Positions 9,721 through 19,922 of a DNA stretch of 64,000 nucleotides are shown in pieces. The translations under genes and the position numbers were made by a program. The DNA comes from Syntrophorhabdaceae bacterium (GTDB lineage: Bacteria > Desulfobacterota > Syntrophorhabdia > Syntrophorhabdales > Syntrophorhabdaceae): the NCBI GenBank assembly GCA_963666485.2, contig CAXXUO010000001.1:640001-704000 (forward strand), written 5' to 3'. Under the pieces are notes generated by a model that saw only the letters and a program-made list of their open reading frames with translations, had not been told where the DNA came from and made no database searches. Every line of letters starts with the position of its first letter. Position 1 is the stretch's first letter.

Positions 9721-10184
9721 TAATCCACTTTCACTATTTCGTACGTCCTCTTCCCGCCCGGCGCGTTGAAGTTTACTTCATCACCAACGGTCTTGCCCAT
9801 GAGGGCGCGGCCTAAGGGGGATGTGATAGATATGGTGCTTTTCTTGATGTCGGATTCGTAGGGCCCGACGATGCGGTACAGGGACTCTTCATCGGTGTCA
9901 AGGTTTACGAGGTGCACGGTACAGCCGAACTCCACGGTCTCGCCATCCCTTTTTTTCGCATCGACGATCTCGGAGTTCCTAAGCTGCTCCTCGATCTCGG
10001 CGACCCTTTGCTGAAGGAACTGGAACTCTTCACGGGCGGCGTCGTATTCCGCATTTTCGGAAAGGTCCCCGTGTTCCCGCGCCTCTTCGATAGCTTTCAA
10101 GATCTGCGGGCGTTTGACGCTCAGCATATTCTCGTGCTCTTTCTTTAATGCTTCGTAGCCTTCCCTGGTGATCGGTACTTTCAT
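9720..10184 (-). CDS. greA: Transcription elongation factor GreA
   Basis: HGDLSENAEYDAA; ISITSPLGRALMGK. Confidence 0.95.
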   Translation of the reverse strand: MKVPITREGYEALKKEHENMLSVKRPQILKAIEEAREHGDLSENAEYDAAREEFQFLQQRVAEIEEQLRNSEIVDAKKRDGETVEFGCTVHLVNLDTDEESLYRIVGPYESDIKKSTISITSPLGRALMGKTVGDEVNFNAPGGKRTYEIVKVD

Positions 10185-10321
10185 TCATGCTCCGGTTTTG
10201 TAAATTGGAGTAAAAGACTACCTAAAGCAGGATAAATTATCAACAGATTTGTGTCAGTATCCGGCTTGCCCCCCAAATCCTTACCACCGCCGGAAATATC
10301 GATAAAATCAGGAAAAAATCC

Positions 10322-10385
10322 TTGACAAGATCCTTGACTAACAAGTATAACTGACTAAAGTGGTAAAAGGTGTAAAAAGGTGGGA
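10322..10385 (+). promoter_or_regulatory. dcw promoter with MraZ-type direct repeats
   Basis: TTGACA (10322)-N18-TATAAC (10346). GTGG/GTGT/GTGG at 10360, 10370 and 10380 (10-nt period) match the known MraZ operator layout. Confidence 0.75.
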
Positions 10386-10387
10386 GA

Positions 10388-10828
10388 TTGTTCATAGGGA
10401 GATACGAATATTCCATCGATGATAAAAGCAGGGTGAGCGTCCCGGCGAGGTTCAGGGAAGCCCTTTCCTCAAGCGCCGACTCCCGGCTCATCCTCACTAT
10501 TCTCGACGGCTGCGTTGTGGCGTATCCCTACCAGGAATGGCTTTATATCCAGGATAAGATCTCGGCCTCCGGGTCGATGAGCAAAGAGCAGAGGGCTTTT
10601 CTGCGCTATTTCTTTTCCGGTGCCACCGAGTGCACTTTTGACAAGCTGGGAAGGATCCTTATTCCCCAGGCGCTCAAGACCGACGCGCATATCCAGAAAA
10701 ATGTCGTCATAGTCGGCGTGGGAAAGAAAATAGAGGTCTGGGCAAAAGAAAAATGGGAAGAACTGGTTCGGACAGCCACTGCCGATCCCGATCAGATAGC
10801 CACTATCGTATCGGAACTCGGTCTTTGA
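10388..10828 (+). CDS. mraZ: Division/cell wall cluster transcriptional repressor MraZ (TTG start)
   Basis: IDDKSRVSVP and FDKLGRILIP repeats; first gene of the dcw cluster. Confidence 0.93.
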   Translation: MFIGRYEYSIDDKSRVSVPARFREALSSSADSRLILTILDGCVVAYPYQEWLYIQDKISASGSMSKEQRAFLRYFFSGATECTFDKLGRILIPQALKTDAHIQKNVVIVGVGKKIEVWAKEKWEELVRTATADPDQIATIVSELGL

Positions 10829-11712
10829 GTGACGCCGGACATATCCCGGTTCTTTTCCAGGAAGTACTTGAAAACCTGATCAGCAACACAAGCGGCACAT
10901 TCGTCGACGCAACTCTCGGGGGTGCGGGACACGCCCTCGGATTGCTGAGCAGGAACAGTAAATTACACCTAATAGGTATTGATAGAGATCAGGAAGCCTT
11001 AGAGCGGGCGCGGGACGTACTCAGAGCATATAGCGACCGGGTAACTTTACTGAGAGGCAACTTCGGGGACATGAAGGGTTTGCTCCACAGTGCAGGGGTG
11101 AAATCTATTGACGGTGCCCTCTTTGATCTTGGTATTTCCAGCTATCAATTGGAAAGCGGCAGGGGATTCAGCTTTAACGACGACGAGGAACTCGATATGA
11201 GGATGGACCGGGGACAGGACCTCACTGCATATCACATCGTTAATTCATATCGCCAGGAAGAGATCGCCCGGATCCTCTACGAATACGGGGAAGAGTGGCA
11301 ATCGCGCAAAATAGCGAAGGCCATCTTCGATGCCCGGAAAAAAGACCGTATACGGACAGGCAGGCAGCTCGCCGGGATCATCGCATCGGTAAAGAAACGG
11401 ACCGGGAAGACCCATCCTGCCACGAAATCTTTCCAGGCTTTAAGGATAGCCGTCAACGACGAACTGAAAAGCGTGGTGAACGGGCTCGATGCGGCCCTCG
11501 AGCTTCTGTCGCCCGGGTCCAGAATAGGCGTCATAACGTTTCATTCCCTTGAAGACCGGATCGTCAAGGAGCGTTTTCGCAACGATGACGCCCTGGCAGT
11601 CGTGACCCGCAAGCCCTTGAGGCCGGGCCGCGACGAGGTCCGTTCCAACCCGCGGTCGCGCAGCGCCAAACTGCGCATCGCAGAGAAAAAATCAGTGGGG
11701 GGTGCATCATGA
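10825..11712 (+). CDS. rsmH: 16S rRNA m4C1402 methyltransferase
   Basis: HIPVL, DATLGGAGH, RGFSF, LDMRM, FQALRIAVN, FHSLEDR, NPRSRSAKLR. Confidence 0.95.
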   Translation: MSDAGHIPVLFQEVLENLISNTSGTFVDATLGGAGHALGLLSRNSKLHLIGIDRDQEALERARDVLRAYSDRVTLLRGNFGDMKGLLHSAGVKSIDGALFDLGISSYQLESGRGFSFNDDEELDMRMDRGQDLTAYHIVNSYRQEEIARILYEYGEEWQSRKIAKAIFDARKKDRIRTGRQLAGIIASVKKRTGKTHPATKSFQALRIAVNDELKSVVNGLDAALELLSPGSRIGVITFHSLEDRIVKERFRNDDALAVVTRKPLRPGRDEVRSNPRSRSAKLRIAEKKSVGGAS

Positions 11713-12023
11713 TGTACAGATCGAGAAAGATATATATAGACACATCGGGCGACAAGCTGTTCGACGGCGTCCGGCCCATTCTCTTTCTGGGAGTCATGAT
11801 AGCTTTTGTCATCATTGTAAGCTGCCTGCTCGTCAATGCCCACAGCCGGGCACGGCAGGACCTTATCGAGACGCTGACGCTCGAGCGCCAGATGAGGGAG
11901 ACGCACCAGAAACTGGCCTCCGACATGGCAGGCGTTACGCAGTCGCGGCTCCTCGCCCTGAAGGCGAAAGAAAGGCTGGGTTTGACAAAACCAAAGGATG
12001 AAGAGGTTCTCGTCTTGAAATGA
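11709..12023 (+). CDS. ftsL: Cell division protein FtsL-like
   Basis: 104 aa; one TM helix followed by a coiled coil ending AKERLGL..P; sits in the ftsL slot. Confidence 0.7.
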   Translation: MMYRSRKIYIDTSGDKLFDGVRPILFLGVMIAFVIIVSCLLVNAHSRARQDLIETLTLERQMRETHQKLASDMAGVTQSRLLALKAKERLGLTKPKDEEVLVLK

Positions 12024-12871
12024 ACAAACAGGCGATCAGGAAAGCCTTCATTGTATGCACACTCATAGGGCTCATGTATGCAGGGATTGCGTTCAATGTT
12101 CAGGACCGGTTCTCCATGAAGAGGACGTCGGGGAAGCTCGCCGCAAAGGCACCCCGGAGCTTGAGCGTCGCCGCGCCGCAGCCGAAACCGGACCCGGTCC
12201 CCCAGAAAAAGGCCCTGGTCGCAGATAGCAGCACCGGTTTAGAGCCCGCATTCCTCATCGCCGTCCCCATCATCGCTTTTGCCATACGCGAAAATCTCCT
12301 CGAAAAAGACGGCATGGTCGTCGTTCAGAAGAATGACGAGGATTCGTCTTCGGTCTACCTGAAGAAACCCATGGACATATTGAAAGACAGGGACAAGGAA
12401 GGCCTCAAGGCCTTATCGCGCATCATCGGCAAAAAGAATATCGAGGTCTTTCTCACAAAACAGGGTGTGAAGGTCCCCGATAAATCCCTGTCTGTTGATA
12501 CTATCACCGGAATCGGTTACAGTATTGACCGGAAATTGCTTGTTAGTATGTACGATCAGTATGTCGGTGAAGGCTTCGCTTCCCTCATGCCTTATGCCTC
12601 TGGCGGTTTTGAAGTCTCAAGAAAAAATAACGGGTACCAGATCAATGCGGTCCGGAATGAAAAAACACCGGAGAACGCGGGGGCAAGTTCCGCCTTTTCC
12701 ATGCCGGACCTCACGGGATTGTCCATGAAAGCGGCCCTCGACAGGATATCGCCGAAGGCCGAGGTCAAGATCCACGGTTCGGGCATCGTTGTCGACCAGT
12801 TCCCCAAACCAAAGGAAAGAGTTGAAAAAGAGACCCGGTGCGTTCTGTATGGGAGGTCATACCAAAAGTGA
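12020..12871 (+). CDS. Degenerate FtsI-like protein (TM + transpeptidase-fold remnant without SxxK/SxN/KTG + PASTA)
   Basis: 283 aa in the ftsI slot, overlapping both neighbours. PASTA domain MPDLTGLSMKAAL...GSGIVVDQFPKP. Similarity to PBP3 judged by eye only. Confidence 0.7.
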   Translation: MNKQAIRKAFIVCTLIGLMYAGIAFNVQDRFSMKRTSGKLAAKAPRSLSVAAPQPKPDPVPQKKALVADSSTGLEPAFLIAVPIIAFAIRENLLEKDGMVVVQKNDEDSSSVYLKKPMDILKDRDKEGLKALSRIIGKKNIEVFLTKQGVKVPDKSLSVDTITGIGYSIDRKLLVSMYDQYVGEGFASLMPYASGGFEVSRKNNGYQINAVRNEKTPENAGASSAFSMPDLTGLSMKAALDRISPKAEVKIHGSGIVVDQFPKPKERVEKETRCVLYGRSYQK

Positions 12872-14319
12872 AACTTGGCAGCATAATAAAAGGGGTAGAC
12901 ACGATAAGCATCCGCGGCAATACCTCCCTTGAAATAACAGGTATTACGAAAGATTCGCGCGATGTCACGCAGGGTTCCCTCTTCTTCGTGACGCGCTCGA
13001 GCAACGCATACATAGAAGACGCCTTCAAACGCGGCGCGAGCGCCGTCGTGACGGATGGAGAGATAAACGAGCCCTTCGGCTGCATCATCCATGTCGGGGA
13101 TGTCATGAAAGCGCTCGGTCAGGCGGCGTCGAACTTTTATCATCACCCGTCGCGCCGGGTCCATATCACCGGGATAACCGGGACAAACGGCAAGACGACA
13201 ATAACGTACCTCATAGAGTCCGTCCTGCGCTCGGCCGGAAAAGAACCCGGGGTGATCGGGACGATCTCATACCGTTATGCAGGGAAAACGTTCAAAGCGG
13301 CAAACACCACCCCCGGCGCAAGTGAAATGAACGGCCTCCTGAGCGACATGGCCGCCTCAGGCGTAAACCACGTGATCATGGAGGTGTCGTCCCATGCCCT
13401 CGACCAGAGACGGGTCGAAGGCATCGACTTCGATGTCGCGGTGTTCACGAACCTCACGCACGACCACCTGGATTACCATGGCACTTTCGAGAATTACGGG
13501 GCTGCCAAGAGGCTTCTTTTCGAGGACTATCTCGCACGGAGCAGGAAAAAGAAGAGATACGCCGTGATGAATATTGATGATCCCGCTATCAGGGACTTCA
13601 TTATAACCGCGCCTGTAACAATGCTCTCTTACAGCACGCGGGGCTTTGCCGACGCCTGCCTTTCGGAGTACTCCGAAAGCATCGATGGCCTGACACTCAC
13701 CATAAGCCTTCCGGGGAAGAAGATCCCCATCGTCACACCTTTAATCGGCATGTTCAATGCCTCCAACATCCTTGCCGCAGCACTGTCAGGTTATGCAGCG
13801 GGCATACCGCACCGCGCCATCAAAGAGGGTATCGAGCGTGTAAAGGGCGTTCCGGGAAGATTGGAACGGGTTGCAAACGACAGGGGCATTTCGGTCTTCG
13901 TGGATTATGCGCATACCCCGGACGCCATCAAGAACGTGCTTTCGCTTCTCGGAGGTCTCAAGAAGGGAAAGCTTATCGCCGTTTTCGGATGCGGAGGAAA
14001 CAGGGACGCGGCGAAACGGCCCATCATGGGCGCGCTTGCTTCCCGGCTCGCGGATGAGGTGATCATCACATCGGACAATCCGCGGAATGAGGACCCTGCT
14101 AGGATCATCGCGGACATCGCGCGGGGGGTCGAGGGAAAACGGTACAGGATCATCGAAGACAGGAGGGAGGCCATCTTCGAGAGCATTCGCACGGCACGGC
14201 CCGATGACGTCGTGCTCGTGGCGGGCAAGGGACATGAGGATTACCAGATCGTGGGCGACACCATACTGCATTTCAGTGATCGTGAGGTTGTCGAGGAGTG
14301 TTTCCATGTGGCGACTTGA
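12868..14319 (+). CDS. murE: UDP-MurNAc-dipeptide:meso-DAP ligase
   Basis: GITGTNGKTT, EVSSHAL, DHLDYH, DYAHTPD; DNPR indicates mDAP specificity; GTG start. Confidence 0.96.
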   Translation: MKLGSIIKGVDTISIRGNTSLEITGITKDSRDVTQGSLFFVTRSSNAYIEDAFKRGASAVVTDGEINEPFGCIIHVGDVMKALGQAASNFYHHPSRRVHITGITGTNGKTTITYLIESVLRSAGKEPGVIGTISYRYAGKTFKAANTTPGASEMNGLLSDMAASGVNHVIMEVSSHALDQRRVEGIDFDVAVFTNLTHDHLDYHGTFENYGAAKRLLFEDYLARSRKKKRYAVMNIDDPAIRDFIITAPVTMLSYSTRGFADACLSEYSESIDGLTLTISLPGKKIPIVTPLIGMFNASNILAAALSGYAAGIPHRAIKEGIERVKGVPGRLERVANDRGISVFVDYAHTPDAIKNVLSLLGGLKKGKLIAVFGCGGNRDAAKRPIMGALASRLADEVIITSDNPRNEDPARIIADIARGVEGKRYRIIEDRREAIFESIRTARPDDVVLVAGKGHEDYQIVGDTILHFSDREVVEECFHVAT

Positions 14320-15667
14320 AGACATCATCACGGCGGTGAAGGGAACGGTCCTGAAAAGAACGCGGGACGCCTTTACCGGCATCTCCACCGACTCCCGCGC
14401 GATCGGTGAAGGCGAGCTCTTCATTCCCATCGTCGGCAAGACCTTCGACGGCCATTCGTTCATCGAACAGGCGCTGAAGATCTCCCACGGCGGAACGCTC
14501 TGCAGGAACGACTACCCGGCGCCCCTTGCCGATGTGCCCGGAACGGTCATCCTTGTCGAGGACACGAACCAGGCCCTGCTCGACATCGCACGCTTCAAAC
14601 GCGACAGCATCGCGGCGAAATTCATCTGCATAACGGGCAGCAACGGCAAGACCACAACCAAAGAGATCCTCGCAGGAATGCTGAAAAAGAAGTTCGACGT
14701 ACACTATAACGAGAAGAACCTCAACAACCTGATCGGTGTACCTCTCGCCATCCTCGCAATCGCGGGAGAACCCGGGGCATGCATCATGGAGCTGGGAACA
14801 AATATGCCCGGTGAGATAAAAAAACTCGCCATCGCCACCGATCCCGACATCTCGCTTATCACGAACGTCAACCCGTCGCATCTCGAGGGGCTGGAATCGC
14901 TTGAGGGGGTACTCGAAGAAAAGCTCGACCTCTTCCGGTACACGAGGCCCCACGGGAAGATCCTTGTCAACATCGACGATCCCGGCATTGCCGGGCGGTA
15001 CCGGCAAACGGGCCACAAGGCGATAACGTTCGGCATCGAAAATGACGCGCACTACCGCTTGCGCGTGATACGCGACCTCGGCTGGGAAGGCGCGGTCATA
15101 TCCATAATCTCCCCGGCCGGGACGATCGAGGCGAGAACGTCTCTTCTCGGGCGGCACAACCACTATGACCTGCTTGCCGCCGCGACGTGCGCTTCCGTTA
15201 TGGGGGTCGACCATGGATTGATCGCAGAGGCCATCGAAGAGTTCACGTCGTATGACAAACGGCTTCAGCCGATCAGGAGTTCCCGCGGGTTCGTCATCAT
15301 AGACGATACGTACAACGCGAACCCGTCTTCCGTGGAGTGGGCCATACACACCTTGAGCGATCTCCCGTCCGACGGCAGGAAGGTGGTCGTGCTTGGCGGG
15401 ATGAAGGAACTCGGCAAAGAAAGCGTCTTCTACCACGGGGAAATAGGCAGGTTCCTCAACAAGATGAAAGATATCGGCCTTATTGTCCTTTTCGGCGAGG
15501 AGACCGGCGACACATACTCCGAGCTCGGCAACGGGAAAGCCGTGCACTTCAACAACAAGGAACAGCTCGTCGAATACCTGAGAGGGGAACTTAAGACCGG
15601 CGACACGGTCCTCGTCAAAGGGTCGCGGGCATTTAAGATGGAGGAAATAGTGGAGGCCCTGAAGTAA
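14306..15667 (+). CDS. murF: UDP-MurNAc-tripeptide:D-Ala-D-Ala ligase
   Basis: [28 protein letters not shown]. Confidence 0.95.
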   Translation: MWRLEDIITAVKGTVLKRTRDAFTGISTDSRAIGEGELFIPIVGKTFDGHSFIEQALKISHGGTLCRNDYPAPLADVPGTVILVEDTNQALLDIARFKRDSIAAKFICITGSNGKTTTKEILAGMLKKKFDVHYNEKNLNNLIGVPLAILAIAGEPGACIMELGTNMPGEIKKLAIATDPDISLITNVNPSHLEGLESLEGVLEEKLDLFRYTRPHGKILVNIDDPGIAGRYRQTGHKAITFGIENDAHYRLRVIRDLGWEGAVISIISPAGTIEARTSLLGRHNHYDLLAAATCASVMGVDHGLIAEAIEEFTSYDKRLQPIRSSRGFVIIDDTYNANPSSVEWAIHTLSDLPSDGRKVVVLGGMKELGKESVFYHGEIGRFLNKMKDIGLIVLFGEETGDTYSELGNGKAVHFNNKEQLVEYLRGELKTGDTVLVKGSRAFKMEEIVEALK

Positions 15668-16743
15668 TGCTGTACTACCTGCTCTATCAGCTCCACGGAA
15701 AGATCGGCGCGTTCAACGTCTTTCGCTATATTACGTTCAGGGCGGTCCTCGGGATCCTGTCGGCCCTCATCATCAGTTTTATCCTGACACCCTACGTTAT
15801 CCGGAAATTCCACGAATGGAAGATCCGCAGCGGCAAGCGCGAAGATGTCCCGGACCGCCACGAGGCAAAGAAAGAAACCCCGACCATGGGCGGGTTCGTG
15901 ATCCTCATCGCGACCGTCATACCAACGCTCCTGTGGGCGGACCTCACCAATTACTATATATGGGTCGTCATCTTCTCCCTCGTGTCGTTCGGCTTCATTG
16001 GGTTCATGGACGATGTGCAGAAACTCCGCGGGGTAAACGGGAAAGGCATAACGGGGCGGACGAAGCTGTCGCTCCAGCTTCTCTTTGCGGCCATGATCGG
16101 TGCGATGATCTTCTTTAAGTACGGCTTCGTCACGCAGCTGACCATACCGTTCTTCAAGACCCTTCTCCCTGATCTCGGGGTCTTCTACATCGCCCTGTGC
16201 ATCTTTATGATCGCGGGGACCTCGAACGCGGTGAACCTGACCGACGGGCTTGACGGCCTGGCGATCGGCCCGGTCCTCACCGTCTGCACGACGTTCATGG
16301 TATTCTGCTATCTCGTTGGAAATGCGATATTCTCGCAATACCTCCAGATATTTTTCGTAAAGGGCGCCGGGGAGCTCACCGTCCTGTGCGGCGCGATGCT
16401 CGGGGCCGGCATCGGGTTCCTCTGGTACAATGCCCACCCGGCGGAGCTTTTCATGGGCGATACGGGCTCACTTTCGCTCGGCGCCGCACTCGCGACCATC
16501 GCCGTCATCATCAAGCAGGAGTTCCTCCTCGTTATCGCAGGCGGGATATTCGTCCTCGAGACGTTGTCCGTCATCATCCAGGTCTATTCTTTCAAACTCC
16601 GGGGGAAGAGGGTTTTCAGGATGGCGCCCATCCACCACCATTTCGAGCTGAAAGGGTGGAACGAGGAAAAGATCGTTGTCCGGTTCTGGATCATCTCGGT
16701 GATCCTCGGACTTATTGCCATGAGCACACTGAAGTTGAGGTAA
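15667..16743 (+). CDS. mraY: Phospho-MurNAc-pentapeptide transferase
   Basis: [34 protein letters not shown]. Confidence 0.97.
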   Translation: MLYYLLYQLHGKIGAFNVFRYITFRAVLGILSALIISFILTPYVIRKFHEWKIRSGKREDVPDRHEAKKETPTMGGFVILIATVIPTLLWADLTNYYIWVVIFSLVSFGFIGFMDDVQKLRGVNGKGITGRTKLSLQLLFAAMIGAMIFFKYGFVTQLTIPFFKTLLPDLGVFYIALCIFMIAGTSNAVNLTDGLDGLAIGPVLTVCTTFMVFCYLVGNAIFSQYLQIFFVKGAGELTVLCGAMLGAGIGFLWYNAHPAELFMGDTGSLSLGAALATIAVIIKQEFLLVIAGGIFVLETLSVIIQVYSFKLRGKRVFRMAPIHHHFELKGWNEEKIVVRFWIISVILGLIAMSTLKLR

Positions 16744-16744
16744 A

Positions 16745-18070
16745 ATGGACATACCTGATCGCATACTTATCGTCGGACTTGGCACATCGGGAATAGCCGT
16801 TGCCAGGTTCCTTTCCCGGCTCGGGAAGACGATCGGTATCGCCGACGAAAAGAGTGAAAATGAGCTCGGCAACGCCCTTTCGGCGCTTGAAGGGATCGCA
16901 TATACCGGCCATTTCGGCCCGCACCGGCAAGCCGATTTCACCTCCTATCCACTCATTGTCCTGAGCCCCGGCGTCGATACGGAGCTGCCCGTCATCCGGG
17001 AGGCCAAAAAGGCCGGCGTCAGGGTCATCGGCGAGATGGAACTTGCCTCATCCTTTGTGAAAGACCCGATAATAGCGATCACGGGAACAAATGGAAAGAC
17101 AACGACGACAACCCTCATCGGTGAGATATTTTCGAAGGGGCTCGGGCCCTGCTTCGTCGGGGGGAACATCGGCAACCCTCTCATCAACTACGTGGCGGAC
17201 GGCACACGTTGCCCGGCCGTTATCGTGGAGGTGAGCAGCTTTCAGCTCGAAACGATCGAGGGCTTCAGGCCGTCAACCGCCCTGCTCCTCAACATCACCG
17301 AAGACCACCTCGACCGCTACCGTAGCTACGAGGAATACAAAGCCGCGAAATACCGCATCTTCGATAACCAGGCAAGTACGGACAATGCCATCGTACGGTC
17401 CGGGCTCGATGTCCCGATGAAAGGCACGCCGCGCGCGTTCACGTTCTCTGCGACAGATGAGGTCCGCGAGGGGGCATTCGCGAAGGACGGCAGGCTCTAT
17501 GTGAGGTTCGACGGCAAGGAATCGTCCTTCCGGCGGGACATCTCGCCTCTCGTCGGCGTCCATAACACGGAGAACATCCTCGCCGCCATTCTTACGGCCC
17601 GCATTCACGGAATAGACGATGCGGTCATTGAAAGTTGTTTGCGGAGATTCCGCGGGCTCCCCCACCGGGTCGAATTCGTGCGCACCGTACGGGATGTTGC
17701 CTTTTACAATGATTCGAAGGCCACGAACGTCGATGCCACAAAGAGGGCCCTCGAAGGCTTCGACAGGAACGTCATCCTGATCGCCGGCGGCAAGGACAAG
17801 GGCGGAAGCTACAAAGCGATACGCGATATGAGTGCGCGCATAAAGGCCATTATTCTTATCGGCGAGGCAAAGGACCGGATCGCCGCGGAGCTTTTCGATA
17901 TCGCCCCGACGTACGGGGAAAGCGATATGACGTCCGCCGTGTATGCAGCCTTTTCGCAGGCATCGGCAGGGGACACCGTCCTCCTGTCGCCGATGTGCAG
18001 CAGCTTCGACATGTTCACGAGCTACAAGGAGCGGGGAAATACATTCAGGAGAATAGTGGAGTCGCTGTGA
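16745..18070 (+). CDS. murD: UDP-MurNAc-L-Ala:D-Glu ligase
   Basis: GTNGKTT, EVSSFQL, DHLDRY, NDSKATN, SP.CSSFD. Confidence 0.96.
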   Translation: MDIPDRILIVGLGTSGIAVARFLSRLGKTIGIADEKSENELGNALSALEGIAYTGHFGPHRQADFTSYPLIVLSPGVDTELPVIREAKKAGVRVIGEMELASSFVKDPIIAITGTNGKTTTTTLIGEIFSKGLGPCFVGGNIGNPLINYVADGTRCPAVIVEVSSFQLETIEGFRPSTALLLNITEDHLDRYRSYEEYKAAKYRIFDNQASTDNAIVRSGLDVPMKGTPRAFTFSATDEVREGAFAKDGRLYVRFDGKESSFRRDISPLVGVHNTENILAAILTARIHGIDDAVIESCLRRFRGLPHRVEFVRTVRDVAFYNDSKATNVDATKRALEGFDRNVILIAGGKDKGGSYKAIRDMSARIKAIILIGEAKDRIAAELFDIAPTYGESDMTSAVYAAFSQASAGDTVLLSPMCSSFDMFTSYKERGNTFRRIVESL

Positions 18071-18858
18071 AAAAGATAGGAATAGCCATAGTGTCCCTTA
18101 TCCTCGTATACAGCTTTTTCCGCGAATTCTCGCTCATGCGCGTCGCCATCATACTTGCGGGCGCCGCGGCGGGCTTCGGCATCTCGCTGATCCCCCGGCG
18201 CGGGATCGAGGCGATGAAGTACCCTCTCATTATCATCTCTTTCGCCATAACCGTCCTCCTGTTCTTCTACCCGAAGGTCACGATACCGGATGCCGCAAAA
18301 ATGGCGATCGTCTTTGTTTCCTTCTACGGCTTCGCCTTCTACCTCATAGGCATAGAGAACAAGGACCAGGACTTTTTCAAGGAAGTGACCGCGCTGTCCA
18401 TCCTTTTCTTCTCGTCCGGCTTCAATCTCTATATCACGGGGAACCTCGTATACCTGATCTCGTTCGCGCTCGCCCTCATGCTGTTCCTCTTCATCCTGGG
18501 AAGGTACCGCGTCATTGCCTTTATCGCCGCGTATACCCTCGTGGCATGCTTCATGATCTACCGTCAGAAGACGGGAATCCTGGGAAGCGGCCTCACGGGC
18601 CTTTCGGAGATCAACAAGTACATGCTCCTCGGGACGTCCTTCGCGCTTCTCGCTATCAGTTTTGCGACGATCATGAAGAAAGGCAGCTTCACGAATATGC
18701 TGCCTTTCTTCGGTTTCCTCTATGTGGCAGTGGATATCCTGCTCGTCGTCGGAATGAAGCTGCAGGCAGGGCTCCTCTATCAGCCGGTCCTTTTCCTTGC
18801 CATCGTCGTCCCGCTCGCGGGAACGATGATGATGAAGACGGAAGGAGGGCGGGCATGA
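18067..18858 (+). CDS. Degenerate FtsW-like polytopic membrane protein (SEDS motifs absent)
   Basis: 263 aa from GTG, in the ftsW slot, overlapping the murD stop and murG start. Mostly TM helices. N-terminal pattern LILVYS...IP.R....YPL resembles FtsW; QPSE, QPD, TDF and SYGGS are missing. Confidence 0.65.
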   Translation: MKKIGIAIVSLILVYSFFREFSLMRVAIILAGAAAGFGISLIPRRGIEAMKYPLIIISFAITVLLFFYPKVTIPDAAKMAIVFVSFYGFAFYLIGIENKDQDFFKEVTALSILFFSSGFNLYITGNLVYLISFALALMLFLFILGRYRVIAFIAAYTLVACFMIYRQKTGILGSGLTGLSEINKYMLLGTSFALLAISFATIMKKGSFTNMLPFFGFLYVAVDILLVVGMKLQAGLLYQPVLFLAIVVPLAGTMMMKTEGGRA

Positions 18859-19922
18859 AGCTCGTGATCAGCGCCGGCGGAACAGGAGGGCATATCTTTC
18901 CGGGGATAGCCGTGGCGGAATCCTTGATCGCTCAAGGGGGCGGCAACAGCGCCGTATTTATCGGGACGCCCTACGGCCTCGAGAAATCGATCATCCCCAA
19001 TGCCGGGTTTAAACTCCACCTTATCGAGGCCCATCAATTCCTGGGACGCTCGGTGGTACACAAGGCAGTAACGCTCCTTCGGATCATCAAAGGCGTCTTC
19101 ATGTGCCTTAAGATATTGAAACAGGAAAGACCGGACGCCATACTCGGCATGGGCGGGTTTACCTCGGTGCCCGTCATCATTGCGGGGAGAATGCGCGGGA
19201 TCCCCTGCTTCATCCATGAACAGAATGTCGAGCCCGGGCTTGCAAACAAATTATTGTCGCGCATAACCCGGACGGTTTTTGTGAGCTTCGACGCCACGGC
19301 CGCGAAACTGCCGCACGGAAGCGCCGTGCATACCGGCAACCCGCTCCGCCAGAAATTGAAGAAGATCGAGGGGATCAAGGATCCGGAGTCGTTCGGCATC
19401 TTTGTCTTCGGGGGCTCGCGGGGGGCAAAAAGCATCAACGATGCCGTCGTGTCGCTCCTGCCCCACCTCGCGGAGCATCACAATGTCGTCGTCTATCACC
19501 AGACCGGGCCGGATGATCTCGACCGGATACGTGACGCGTATTCCAAGGTCCGCGTCCCGCATGAGGTCTTCGCCTTCACGAACGAGATGGAAAAATATTA
19601 CGCGCTTTCCGATGTGGTGATAGCACGCGCAGGCGCAACGACGATCTTCGAACTCGCCTTTTTCCGGAAGGCGGCGATACTGATACCGTATCCGTACTCG
19701 GCCGGCAATCACCAGTGGCAGAACGCGGCATACGTGGAAGAAAAGGGCGGATGCCATCTTGTCAACAATGACGAAGCAACGGGTGAATTGCTGTTCGGCT
19801 TGATCCGGCAGCTCATGAAAGATAGAGAGCTCATCAAGAAAATGGGCGAGAACCTGGGAAAGATATTCGTGGACAATGCCGCATTACGCATCATCGGAGG
19901 AATAGAACATGGTCTTTCATAA
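18855..19922 (+). CDS. murG: Lipid II GlcNAc transferase
   Basis: GGTGGHIFP, HEQN, TGNP, GGSRGA, RAGATT. Confidence 0.96.
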   Translation: MKLVISAGGTGGHIFPGIAVAESLIAQGGGNSAVFIGTPYGLEKSIIPNAGFKLHLIEAHQFLGRSVVHKAVTLLRIIKGVFMCLKILKQERPDAILGMGGFTSVPVIIAGRMRGIPCFIHEQNVEPGLANKLLSRITRTVFVSFDATAAKLPHGSAVHTGNPLRQKLKKIEGIKDPESFGIFVFGGSRGAKSINDAVVSLLPHLAEHHNVVVYHQTGPDDLDRIRDAYSKVRVPHEVFAFTNEMEKYYALSDVVIARAGATTIFELAFFRKAAILIPYPYSAGNHQWQNAAYVEEKGGCHLVNNDEATGELLFGLIRQLMKDRELIKKMGENLGKIFVDNAALRIIGGIEHGLS

